Shown piece after piece: positions 7,576 through 17,328 of a stretch of DNA of 64,000 nucleotides; within the stretch, counting starts at the first letter, position 1; each line of letters opens with the position of its first letter. The notes below the pieces were generated by a model. That model was not told the origin of the DNA, made no database searches, and worked only from the letters and a program-made list of their open reading frames with translations. The translations under genes were made by a program, and so were the position numbers. The stretch covers positions 7,775-71,774 of the forward strand of contig DATIGS010000250.1 of the NCBI GenBank assembly GCA_035481425.1, given 5' to 3'. The stretch is from Cellvibrio sp. (GTDB lineage: Bacteria; Pseudomonadota; Gammaproteobacteria; Pseudomonadales; Cellvibrionaceae).

Positions 7576-10500
7576 ACTTCAATCAGCTTGCCGCTGGTTA
7601 CCAAATAAAGTGCTGTTTTAATCGGTAATGTCTCTGCCTCTGCCAATAAATTTTTATAGCGCGTTAATTGTGGCAGATAGGCTTCCATTTCCCGCGCAAT
7701 AAATTGGTCATCGGTTTCTCCCGTTTCTGCTTCGCTACTTTTGTAATCCACAATCCAGCGCACACCATCGACGATAAATGTGCGGTCGATGATGTGTTCG
7801 CGTACATCCTGTTTTTCCTTTTGCATTAAGGACAGTTCGCAAGCGCTTTGGTGATGATCACTATTGAGTAGCCAGCGACCCTGCGCACTATCAATTGTCG
7901 CAGTAATGGCGCTGGTAATTTTTTGCAGCGCGCGATTGATGTTGTCGCCACTCCAGCCCAGTTGTTGCAACTGGATTTTCCAAAAATGGTATTGCCGGGC
8001 AATAAATTCTTCGGCTGTAATGCTGTGGGTATTGCCGATCAGTTTGTTTTCAACAATCGCTTGCAATGCATTATGAATCACTGTGCCTGTATGGCGAGCG
8101 AGACGGGCGCCGGTGGTTTCGACCTCGGGGATGTTGAGTGGATTATCATCGGTTAGATCATCGATCTCCCGTGAGCCAAATTCATGGCCGCGATAAGCGG
8201 TGAGCAAGGTGACATCGGCTAATACCGGAGCTTGCCAATCAGCTGGTAAACGCAATATGTGTTGCAAGCCGGGTTTGGTTTTTTCGGCAAATAAATCATC
8301 GGTTAGTGTTAACTGGCGGCGTGGACTGGTATTGCCCTGTAGTTGAATTGCATCTTCCTTCACGAATGGCCAAATGCTATGCAACAGCGAGACCTTTGCG
8401 GGCGCAACTAATTCATCATCTTTGGTATTAATACACGCGATCAAGTGCAAACGTTTAATCGCCCGGGTGCAGCCCACATACAACAACCGTGTCGCTTCAA
8501 AGGCTTGTTGTTTATCGGCTTCGCGGCGCATAAACGTATAGAGGGTATCCTCTTCTTGACCGGTGGCGGCGAGTGAGCCGAGCAGCAATTGTTTTTCGCC
8601 ATGATGGTTGATGCGTTCTTGCCAGAGTAATAATTGTTTGTCGTCTTTTCGCGCGCTGCGATCCAGGCCGGGAATGATTACTGTATCGAATTCAAGGCCT
8701 TTGGATTTGTGAATGGTCATCACCTGCAATTTTGGGTCGGCGTCGGCACGCGGTGCGGCGAATAACCGGTCTATTGCATTATTGAATGCTTGCCAGTCGC
8801 GAATGCTACCGCCTTGTTGATGTTTGGCGAGCAGCGCGAAAAAGCTATCGATATTATCGCGGTCATTTGCATCCAATAGTGTGGCCGGGCCACCCAATGC
8901 AAACCAAATGCCTTCAATCCACTGGCGAAGCGGTTTCCGGTAGCGCTCGCGTAGCGCTTGTTGGAGTATCGGTATAACGCGCGCAAGAATTTTTTTGCCG
9001 CTGTCACTGAGCCCCGCGATTTTCTGGTGTAACTCCAATTGCGGCCAGATGACTGCAAACGCAGTTTCATTTGCACGCGGATTGAGTTCGATAAGGTTTG
9101 CAGTGGTAATGCAGTGCAAATCGTTATTATCCAAACCGCACCATGGGGCGCGCAACACGGATAACCATGCAATCCGGTCGGCGGGATTTAACAGTGCGCG
9201 CGTAAGCGACAGTAAATCCATAATTGCCATGCGGCTGGCGAGGCGATCAATTTCTGTGGCTTGATAATGCAAGCCTGCTGCTGTGAGCGCCGGTAAAATA
9301 CGGGCAAGATGATTACGCGTACGCACCAGGATCGCAATGCTGCCATAGGGATCGGCAGTGCGCGCCTGTTGCGCCAGTTCAACAACTTTTTCTGCTTCCT
9401 GTTGCTGGGCATTAATGCGCGATGGAATTTCGTCGTCATCACCAGCATTATCTTTTTCGACAGATTTTGTTTCTGATGAATAAGTGCATACATAAAAATC
9501 GACTGCATTACCATCGATTGCGGGTTTAAATGCAACCGAGGGCGAATAACAGACGGCGCCACGGCTAATATCATCCTGCAGTGGAAATGCATTTTGAAAA
9601 ATATTATTTACCCAGTGCACCACGCCAGCCTGGGAGCGGAAATTCACCCGCAAATCCAACGGCGTCAACGCAACTGAACCTATTCCTTGTTGGCGTGCGT
9701 CCAAAAATAAACCCACGTTTGCATTGCGAAATCCATAACAGGATTGCATGCCGTCACCCACAATAAATAAGGTGCGTCCGTCGCCGGTTTGCCAACCGCT
9801 GGTTAGTTTGCGTAAGAGTTCCAGTTGCGGGCTGGCGGTATCCTGGAATTCATCGACGAGGATATGGCGAATGCGGTAATCCAATTGCAACGCCAAATCG
9901 CTGGGTGCATCTTCATCGCCCAATGCCAACAACGCGGCTTGGCTGATGGCGGTATAGTCGGTCGCACTCTGCTGTTTAAACACTATCGTTAATTGCGCAA
10001 CAAGGATCGGCAGTATGCTGGTTAAGCAATCAAGTAATTGCCATTGATGTTCTGCATAGCTGGCTGACGGCAATGACCGAAGTTCATGCAGCAATTGTTC
10101 GGCGTTCGGTGCTGTGTCGGTAATCGCCGCGATCAGTTCATTGAAGCGATTTTTAAGCTCAGCATTTTCTTTTCCTGCAGGAAATCCTTCCGTTTTGGTG
10201 AGGCGTGCGCGAAAGGTGCCGCTATTGGTTAACAGCAAATCGGCAATAGCAAACCACTGCGGAAGCGCCTCCGGCTCTGCATCGGGCAAGCCATTAATGC
10301 CGAGCAATTCATGAATGCGATTTTTGCACTCGGATGTTTCTTGCAAATTCGCAGCGGCGCGATCTGCGATGCTGCAGATTTCGCTGCTGTGAATAAGCAG
10401 CGCGGCTTCAACCAAATCCAGGTGTTCGCAAATAACATCGCGCAATACTTGTTCGAGATACGCTCTGGCATCCTCATGGCGTGCTTGCAGCAATACCCCG

Positions 10501-11135
10501 AGCCATTGCTCACGTTTGGCAAGCAGGCTGACTAATAAATTTTCTACGGCTGGTAAATTGTTATCCAGGTGACGAAACAGGCGAGTCAAATCAGCGCGCA
10601 GCGGCGAATCCTGTTCGAGCAAATGAAATAGTTCGCGCACTGCCAAACGATAGGCTTGTTCGGCATCTTCCAATGTGTCGGGTTGTGCACCTATGCCGCT
10701 GGCGAGTGGTAATTGTTTGGTGATGGAGCGGCATAAACTATCGATGGTTTGCACACGTAAACGCTGCGGGCTTTGCAATAGATTCCAGGCTAATTCACGG
10801 TCGCGTTGCAATACTGCTTGCGCCAATTTCCAGGTGCGCTGTGCATGCGAATCTTGTGGCTCGGGTTGATCGGCGGCTTGCCAGAGTGCATGCATAATCC
10901 GGTCTTGCATTTCGCCAGCGGCTTTGCGTGTAAACGTGATTGCCAGCACTTCTTCCGGTTCATCGCACCAGGCCAGTAATGTCAACACCCGCTGGGTGAG
11001 CAAACCGGTTTTGCCAGAACCGGCGGGGGCCGATACTGCAAAGGATGTATGTGGATCCAGCGCATCAAAACGAACCTGTTGATCGATAGGTTGGTTTATT
11101 GGCTGGTTTAGTGTTTGAACATTCGCATCTGACAT
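7572..11135 (-). CDS. addA: AddA-like UvrD/SF1 helicase with C-terminal PD-(D/E)XK nuclease
   Basis: APAGSGKT, ITFTRKAA, LVDEFQDT, VGDGMQS, MTIHKSKGLEF, LYVGCTRA; IDR...IVDYKS nuclease motif. Confidence 0.85.
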   Translation of the reverse strand: MSDANVQTLNQPINQPIDQQVRFDALDPHTSFAVSAPAGSGKTGLLTQRVLTLLAWCDEPEEVLAITFTRKAAGEMQDRIMHALWQAADQPEPQDSHAQRTWKLAQAVLQRDRELAWNLLQSPQRLRVQTIDSLCRSITKQLPLASGIGAQPDTLEDAEQAYRLAVRELFHLLEQDSPLRADLTRLFRHLDNNLPAVENLLVSLLAKREQWLGVLLQARHEDARAYLEQVLRDVICEHLDLVEAALLIHSSEICSIADRAAANLQETSECKNRIHELLGINGLPDAEPEALPQWFAIADLLLTNSGTFRARLTKTEGFPAGKENAELKNRFNELIAAITDTAPNAEQLLHELRSLPSASYAEHQWQLLDCLTSILPILVAQLTIVFKQQSATDYTAISQAALLALGDEDAPSDLALQLDYRIRHILVDEFQDTASPQLELLRKLTSGWQTGDGRTLFIVGDGMQSCYGFRNANVGLFLDARQQGIGSVALTPLDLRVNFRSQAGVVHWVNNIFQNAFPLQDDISRGAVCYSPSVAFKPAIDGNAVDFYVCTYSSETKSVEKDNAGDDDEIPSRINAQQQEAEKVVELAQQARTADPYGSIAILVRTRNHLARILPALTAAGLHYQATEIDRLASRMAIMDLLSLTRALLNPADRIAWLSVLRAPWCGLDNNDLHCITTANLIELNPRANETAFAVIWPQLELHQKIAGLSDSGKKILARVIPILQQALRERYRKPLRQWIEGIWFALGGPATLLDANDRDNIDSFFALLAKHQQGGSIRDWQAFNNAIDRLFAAPRADADPKLQVMTIHKSKGLEFDTVIIPGLDRSARKDDKQLLLWQERINHHGEKQLLLGSLAATGQEEDTLYTFMRREADKQQAFEATRLLYVGCTRAIKRLHLIACINTKDDELVAPAKVSLLHSIWPFVKEDAIQLQGNTSPRRQLTLTDDLFAEKTKPGLQHILRLPADWQAPVLADVTLLTAYRGHEFGSREIDDLTDDNPLNIPEVETTGARLARHTGTVIHNALQAIVENKLIGNTHSITAEEFIARQYHFWKIQLQQLGWSGDNINRALQKITSAITATIDSAQGRWLLNSDHHQSACELSLMQKEKQDVREHIIDRTFIVDGVRWIVDYKSSEAETGETDDQFIAREMEAYLPQLTRYKNLLAEAETLPIKTALYLVTSGKLIEV

Positions 11136-13855
11136 TAGATCGACCCTTGCATGCGGCTGATAAATGCATCCAGCGCATCTTGTTCTTGCTGGCGATTCAA
11201 GGGAAGTAGATCTTCTGCATATTGCGCAGCCATGGCATTTTTCATATCGACACGCACATCCCCCTGGATAAAATCAGCGGCTAATTGTTGTAAGTACAAT
11301 TGCCAGTCCCGGGTTTGCTGTTCCCATGAAATTTTTCCGGGAAAAATACCATCGTGTTGAATTTGCAATTCTCCGGTGCCAATCCATTTCATGGCTTTTG
11401 CATTGATTTGCGCGAAGGCAATAGCAGCTACAGGTGTCGCAGCGGTGACGGCATAAAGCGGCAGTTGCGGTTCATCCATACGTTCGCCTTGCCAGCTTTT
11501 TGCATTGGGTTGGCCAGTTTTATAGTCGATCAACAATAGTTCGCCAGTATGCAGTTGATCGATACGGTCGATACGTAGGCGTAGCGGGAGCCCTGTAAAT
11601 TCCACTTCCACTTCTTCTTCAATCGCTACTACCGAAAATGCCGGCCGCATTTTTTCTTGCGCGAGCCAGTCCTGAATTAATCTTGCCAATCGCTCTTGTT
11701 CAAGTTGTGCGTAAAAAACACCTATGCTGCTACCGCGTTTTTGTTTCAGCGCATCCACGGCGGTCTGGGTTGTTTGGTTAATCAAGGTGATTAATTCGTT
11801 TTCATCAAGCGCTAGCAGCGTCACTTGGTCTTTGAGTTCGCGCCATATCATCGCCAATGCATCGTGCAGTAAATTGCCGCGTTCAATCGCCGAGAAACCG
11901 GCAACCGGTTCATCGATACTGGTTGCTCCCAGGCGCAAGCGCGCGAAAGCATTGAACGGGCAGGCCGCTTGCTCTTTAAATAAACCGGCGCCGCCGCGCA
12001 CCGCCTCCTGTTCAATATTTAATGGAGGGGCAGTTGCGGTGGAAATGATTTCCAATCTGCTGGAGGCAGCCAAGAGACGGTAGTTTTGTGCGCTGCTGCT
12101 GTCGATATTGCTGACCAAGGTATCGATTGCGGTTAATGGTACATGGCGAATTAACGCACTTGGGCTGAGTTCGCTGTCGTCATCGCTATGAGCCGAGCTG
12201 AAAATAACCACGGGTGCGCACTGGCGATAATGTTCTGTGAGTGCGCGTGCAAACTGCAATTCGCGCTCGGCGCTCGCGTGGGGCATTTTTTGCGAGCGTT
12301 GCAAGCTGCTTGGCAACAGCGGGTTGGGAGCAGGCACCGGAGGCCATTGGCGATGGTGTAGGCCCATTACCCAGCAATGACTGAATTGCAACCCGGCACC
12401 TTCAAGCGCACCAAGAATCTGGATGGGGGAATTAGGAGTCTGTGCCTGAAACGGTGTCTTTCCGGCAATGTTGCGTAATTGTTGGATTGCTCCTGCGTAA
12501 TTAAATTGAATGCCGGTGCCATCCAGTTGCACAAAATTTTCGAGCACCTGATTCCAAAGTGTGAGCTGTTGGTATTCCTGGCTATCCAACCGGCGGGTGC
12601 CTGGCCAACCAAGCAACTGCAAATGCTGCTGAAAAAAATCACACCAATATTGTGCGCTCTGGTTACCAAAACTTTGGCGACGATAATTTTCCAACTGTAT
12701 GAGTCGCGCGGCAAGGTTGCTGTCGCTTTCAGCTATACCTAATTTGGTGGTTAACGTTTGGCAGTGATAGCGTAAATCGCTCAAGCTGATCGTAAACTTT
12801 CCCAACTTGCGCAGGGTTTGGATCAAGTGTGTGCGCAACACTAACTCTTTATCTGCATCGCCAAAAAAAGGTGAGAGCAACAGGTTGCAAATGGCTTCCA
12901 GATCCCACGATGATTTTTGCAGCATCAACAAATCCAATGTTGCGCTGATAATCGGCGTCGCCCCCAGGGGGGTACCGGCAGAAAAGTTAAACGGCAGTGT
13001 GTAGCGCGGGCGATCGGGCAGGGCGGCGAGGGGTTCGAATACCTCGACAAAGATGCGCTCGACTTGATCGCGGCATTGGCCGAGGTTCGGCACGATAATG
13101 CCAATCATCGCTGCCGGGTTTTGTTCTATCTGGGTTTTGCTCCAGAGTGCCGCGCAGCGGATTTCTGCTTCGCTATTGGTTGTTTCGGTGCGGATTAGTT
13201 GTGCGTGTTGATTGTCCAGCTTAAACGCATTCAGTTCATGGCAAGCGTTGTTAATCAAATCCTGGTGTTGCGGCGGTATATCGTCAAAACCGGTGAGGTG
13301 GATGATGGGCTCTTTATCGAGCTGCGAATTTTTTAACGCATCGATCAGTATCTGGTTTGCCGTTTCTTGCGTAATAAATCCCAATCGCGCCAAATTTGCG
13401 CGGAACTCGCCCAGCCAGGTTAGCCAACAATAGGTATTGCTTTGCTCATTTAGCAGAGGCTCCGCAGCGTGCACTTGTTCTTCTGAAAGTTGCCACAGCT
13501 CAAGGTTGCGCAATGCACTATCGGCAGCTTGTGCCAGCGGCTCGGGTTGTAGCAGTGCAGCCGCCAGGGAGGATCTGCCGATAATGTTTTCCCACAGGTA
13601 TTGGCGTTGCAAATTATTAATGATCCGCTGCGCGGCAGGTGCATAAGCGCGTCGTTGCAGGAGTGCCCAATTCAATTCAATCCACTGGCTTAATGAATAA
13701 ATCCGCGGGCTTGGCCAAACTCGGGTGGTATCTGCCTGCTGTTGTCCATAGGCGCGCAGCATATGGTTGCGCAAGCGGTTGTTGGCTGTGATGACCAATT
13801 CGCTACGACTGATCGCCGGCAAATAGGGAGTTATATCAAAATAGGTATCAACCAT
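11135..13855 (-). CDS. addB: AddB-like DNA repair protein (degenerate helicase fold plus PD-(D/E)XK nuclease)
   Basis: ACPFNAF, ERGNLLH, LRIDRIDQ...LIDYKTG, PQLPLY; stop overlaps the addA start (TAATG). Confidence 0.8.
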   Translation of the reverse strand: MVDTYFDITPYLPAISRSELVITANNRLRNHMLRAYGQQQADTTRVWPSPRIYSLSQWIELNWALLQRRAYAPAAQRIINNLQRQYLWENIIGRSSLAAALLQPEPLAQAADSALRNLELWQLSEEQVHAAEPLLNEQSNTYCWLTWLGEFRANLARLGFITQETANQILIDALKNSQLDKEPIIHLTGFDDIPPQHQDLINNACHELNAFKLDNQHAQLIRTETTNSEAEIRCAALWSKTQIEQNPAAMIGIIVPNLGQCRDQVERIFVEVFEPLAALPDRPRYTLPFNFSAGTPLGATPIISATLDLLMLQKSSWDLEAICNLLLSPFFGDADKELVLRTHLIQTLRKLGKFTISLSDLRYHCQTLTTKLGIAESDSNLAARLIQLENYRRQSFGNQSAQYWCDFFQQHLQLLGWPGTRRLDSQEYQQLTLWNQVLENFVQLDGTGIQFNYAGAIQQLRNIAGKTPFQAQTPNSPIQILGALEGAGLQFSHCWVMGLHHRQWPPVPAPNPLLPSSLQRSQKMPHASAERELQFARALTEHYRQCAPVVIFSSAHSDDDSELSPSALIRHVPLTAIDTLVSNIDSSSAQNYRLLAASSRLEIISTATAPPLNIEQEAVRGGAGLFKEQAACPFNAFARLRLGATSIDEPVAGFSAIERGNLLHDALAMIWRELKDQVTLLALDENELITLINQTTQTAVDALKQKRGSSIGVFYAQLEQERLARLIQDWLAQEKMRPAFSVVAIEEEVEVEFTGLPLRLRIDRIDQLHTGELLLIDYKTGQPNAKSWQGERMDEPQLPLYAVTAATPVAAIAFAQINAKAMKWIGTGELQIQHDGIFPGKISWEQQTRDWQLYLQQLAADFIQGDVRVDMKNAMAAQYAEDLLPLNRQQEQDALDAFISRMQGSI

Positions 13856-14221
13856 GATGCTGTCTGCGAGCCTGTAATCGGTACACGTCAAAAATGGAAG
13901 GTATTATGGCACCGGACGCAGGGCCTGTGCGTTGTAAAGTTTGGTTATAAGCCTTTGTCGCATAAGGAATTAGCATTTTCTTCGGCTTGTTTGGTCAAAT
14001 GAAACATGCTACTTTTCCCGCCCACATGAGGAAAGGCTTGGATTGCCAACGTGCTGCACGTTTGTAAATGGATTGCATAAAAATAGCCCAAAGGGCATAG
14101 ACCGCCGGCAAGTAAGGTCAATACATCAGGTGAGTGTCTCGTTAGGCTGCGACTTTTTATATTTATTCAAAAGTGCGTCTATGATTCCCTTTGTATTCCA
14201 TAACTATAAACAAGTGACCCT

Positions 14222-15640
14222 ATGAACCAACAAGCCCCTTTGAATCAACAAGCTGTGGGTAATTACAGATGGACCATTTGCGGTCTGTTGTTCTTCGCTA
14301 CCACGGTTAACTATCTCGACCGCCAAGTTTTAAGTCTGTTGTCGCCTGAGCTTATGGGGCTGTATGGTTGGAACAACAACGACTACGGCAACATCACTGC
14401 ATTATTTACCTTCGTCTATGCCATATCGATGATCTTTGCAGGTCGCTTTATCGATAAGTTCGGCACCAAAAATGGTTACATCATCGCGATTGCTATCTGG
14501 TCATTCGGTGCTGCCATCCACGCCTTTGCGTACGATATGGGCGCGGGGTTTTACGCTGTATTGAGCTGGATTGGCTTGGCTGATATCGACGAAGCCAATG
14601 GAACCGTGAATGGCGCTGCGGCTATTACGGTCTACTCGGTGGCAGGTTTTATGATTGCGCGTGCGGTGCTCGCATTCGGCGAGGCGGGTAACTTTCCTGC
14701 TGCTATTAAAGCGACCGCGGAATACTTCCCCAAAAAAGAGCGTTCATTCGCTACCGGCATTTTTAACTCCGGCGCCAACGTTGGTGCGATTTTGGCTCCC
14801 CTGACTGTACCCGTCATTGGTGTGATGTGGGGTTGGCAGTGGGCGTTCATCGTGGTCGGGATCATCGGTTTTGTATGGATTGGCTTCTGGTGGGTGTGGT
14901 ACGACAAACCGAGCGAGCAAAAACGTTTGACCGAGGCTGAACGTGCTTATATCAATTCAGATGTTGAAGCTGTTGAAGCCGTTGAGGAAGAAGTCAAAAC
15001 CTCCTGGTTTACTCTCTTAAGCTACAGACAAACCTGGGCATTCGCCTTCGGCAAGTTTATGACGGATGGTGTCTGGTGGTTCTTCCTGTTCTGGTTGCCT
15101 ATTTATCTGAGCGCCCAGCATGGCATGGAAAAAACCGAAATCGCGTTACCAATCGCTTTGATCTATACCCTGACCATGTTCGGTAGTATTGGCGGCGGTG
15201 CGTTCCCCGGTTACTTCATCAAGAAGGGTATGGATGCGTTTAATGCGCGTCGTACGGCAATGTTTGTTATTGCCCTGTTCCCATTGGTGGTTTTGTTGGC
15301 CCAACCTTTGGGTCATATTTCGGTTTGGATTCCAATCTTGCTGATTGCAGTAGGTGCATCTGCGCATCAGGCATGGTCGGCGAATATCTTTACCACCGTA
15401 TCTGACATGTTCCCTAAAAAGGCGGTTGGTTCTGTAGTAGGGATCGGTGGTTTTGCCGGTGGTATGGGTGGTGTATTGCTCAACAAGTTGGGCGGCGGTT
15501 TATTCGATCACTTTGAAAAAGCAGGCAATATCGCGATGGGTTACACCATTATGTTTGCGATCTGCGCCACTGCATATCTGATCGCCTGGTTCGTTATGCG
15601 TATGCTGGTACCTAAATATAAGCCGATTACAGATCTGTAA
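14222..15640 (+). CDS. exuT: MFS hexuronate transporter (ExuT-like)
   Basis: VNYLDRQ, GEAGNFPAAIK, FPKKERSFATGIFNSGANVG, FFLFWLP, HQAWSAN. Confidence 0.85.
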   Translation: MNQQAPLNQQAVGNYRWTICGLLFFATTVNYLDRQVLSLLSPELMGLYGWNNNDYGNITALFTFVYAISMIFAGRFIDKFGTKNGYIIAIAIWSFGAAIHAFAYDMGAGFYAVLSWIGLADIDEANGTVNGAAAITVYSVAGFMIARAVLAFGEAGNFPAAIKATAEYFPKKERSFATGIFNSGANVGAILAPLTVPVIGVMWGWQWAFIVVGIIGFVWIGFWWVWYDKPSEQKRLTEAERAYINSDVEAVEAVEEEVKTSWFTLLSYRQTWAFAFGKFMTDGVWWFFLFWLPIYLSAQHGMEKTEIALPIALIYTLTMFGSIGGGAFPGYFIKKGMDAFNARRTAMFVIALFPLVVLLAQPLGHISVWIPILLIAVGASAHQAWSANIFTTVSDMFPKKAVGSVVGIGGFAGGMGGVLLNKLGGGLFDHFEKAGNIAMGYTIMFAICATAYLIAWFVMRMLVPKYKPITDL

Positions 15641-15684
15641 TCTGCCCCGTTTTATTGTTCGATATACAAAAAACGTTAAATGAT

Positions 15685-15719
15685 AAAACCGCCGGATCGC
15701 AAGGTCCGGCGGTTTTTTT
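15685..15719 (+). terminator. Intrinsic terminator after the MFS gene
   Basis: AAAACCGCCGGA...TCCGGCGGTTTTTTT. Confidence 0.85.
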
Positions 15720-15873
15720 ATGGGCGCAGGATTAGTACGAATATCAAAACGACGGCTATTTTAATTCTAAAAAGGTCTAATCCAGAGAAGACTTTTACGC
15801 CGGTTTTCGTGTCTATTTTTTCGCCTGAGTTAATACTTAAGAGGCATTTCCATTTCCCTGAGAGGAGTTTGAT

Positions 15874-16383
15874 ATGTCGAACAACAATAATAGTGTGACC
15901 GCCAAAACCATCATGAGTAAAACGTTATTGAGCGCTTATGAGGGGTGGACGATCCACCGGCTCGCCGAATTTTTTATTAAACATGGAATCTCTGGAGCGC
16001 CGGTAATTGCGTCGGACCATGAATTGGTTGGTGTTGTTACAGTGTCCGATATTTTTAAATTCAGCAGTATGGATGAAACCCATCGCCGCGAAGCACTGCG
16101 TAATTATTATCGCGAAAGCTGTGAAATTGATTTGGACGAAGCGAGTCTGCGCGACTGGAGTAATCGTGCGGAATACAACTGCACTGTGCATCAAATTATG
16201 CAGAAAGAAATTATTACCGTGCGGCAGGATGCGACTGTAGCGCAAGTCGCTGCGGTGATGGTGAAAAACAATATTCACCGCGTGGTGGTGACCGAAAATA
16301 AAATCGCGCTGGGTGTCATCACCAGCATGGATATCCTGCGCAATTTACAGCCTGATGGACATGAACTGCGTTTGGTTGTTTAA
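15874..16383 (+). CDS. Stand-alone CBS-pair protein
   Basis: ISGAPVI...VGVVTVSDI and IHRVVV...LGVITSMDI; GAGGAG RBS. Confidence 0.88.
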   Translation: MSNNNNSVTAKTIMSKTLLSAYEGWTIHRLAEFFIKHGISGAPVIASDHELVGVVTVSDIFKFSSMDETHRREALRNYYRESCEIDLDEASLRDWSNRAEYNCTVHQIMQKEIITVRQDATVAQVAAVMVKNNIHRVVVTENKIALGVITSMDILRNLQPDGHELRLVV

Positions 16384-16389
16384 CAGTGT

Positions 16390-17217
16390 TTAGATTCCGA
16401 GATAATCCTGCCGGTGGATGCCAAATCGCGTCAATGCCGGAGCTAGCTGCTGAGCTTCGGCAGTGGCTTTCGTAAACACAGCAAGGTGTTCCGGGATGTA
16501 CTCCGCAGGTGGTTCTACTGCATCGGCGAGTAAAAACTCTACTCGCCGTGCAATTGCGGCCCCCGAATCAATCAACGTCAGGTGAGTAGGAAGTTGCTGC
16601 GCTAATTCATCTTTCAGCAATGGAAAGTGAGTGCAGGCCAGAACCAGCACATCCATTTTCTCCGCGTTATCCATAGACATTAATTCTTGCGTAATCTTTC
16701 CAATTGCGTTCGGGGAAATCATTTCGCCACGCAATTTTTGCTCGGCAATTTGTACCAGCTCACTCGATCCTAAAGACACTACTTGGCAGTCGGTGGCGTA
16801 CTCACGGATTAATTCATGGGTGTAAGGGCGGGCGACAGTAGCAGGAGTGGCAAGCAGCCCAATTACCTTGGTTTTACTCATCAGCGCGGCGGGTTTGATT
16901 GCAGGTACAACACCAACGATCGGTAGATTCAATTTACTGCGCAAATGGGGCAGGGTGAGCGTGCTGGCGGTGTTACACGCGATGACCAAAATATCGGCCG
17001 GATAGCGCTTTAACAGCTCGCTTATAACCATATCGACACGCGCGATCAGTTCCGCCTCACCTTTGGTGCCATAGGGAAAAAACGCATTATCCGAGGCATA
17101 AACCAGGGGATTTAGCGGTAGCCGCTGCTGGATTTCTTGCGCGACGCTTAATCCTCCGACACCGGAATCAAATACCAGGATGCGGGGAACAGGCGAAGCG
17201 GTGGCTGAATTTGTCAT
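16390..17217 (-). CDS. murI: Glutamate racemase
   Basis: FDSGVGG, PYGTK, IACNTAS, LACTHFP. Confidence 0.95.
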   Translation of the reverse strand: MTNSATASPVPRILVFDSGVGGLSVAQEIQQRLPLNPLVYASDNAFFPYGTKGEAELIARVDMVISELLKRYPADILVIACNTASTLTLPHLRSKLNLPIVGVVPAIKPAALMSKTKVIGLLATPATVARPYTHELIREYATDCQVVSLGSSELVQIAEQKLRGEMISPNAIGKITQELMSMDNAEKMDVLVLACTHFPLLKDELAQQLPTHLTLIDSGAAIARRVEFLLADAVEPPAEYIPEHLAVFTKATAEAQQLAPALTRFGIHRQDYLGI

Positions 17218-17328
17218 TGTATAAATCAAATCAATGGGCTGATGACAGCGATATATTGCTAAAATGGCGCGATTTTAACGGCCAGGGCCAATAAAGCCTA
17301 GCCGCAGTTCGTATTCTGGAGCTTTCTT

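Noticed and set aside
7572..13855. Helicase plus nuclease pair as an anti-phage defence system
   Set aside because: Architecture, sizes and gene coupling match housekeeping AddAB-type repair, and the context is not a defence island.
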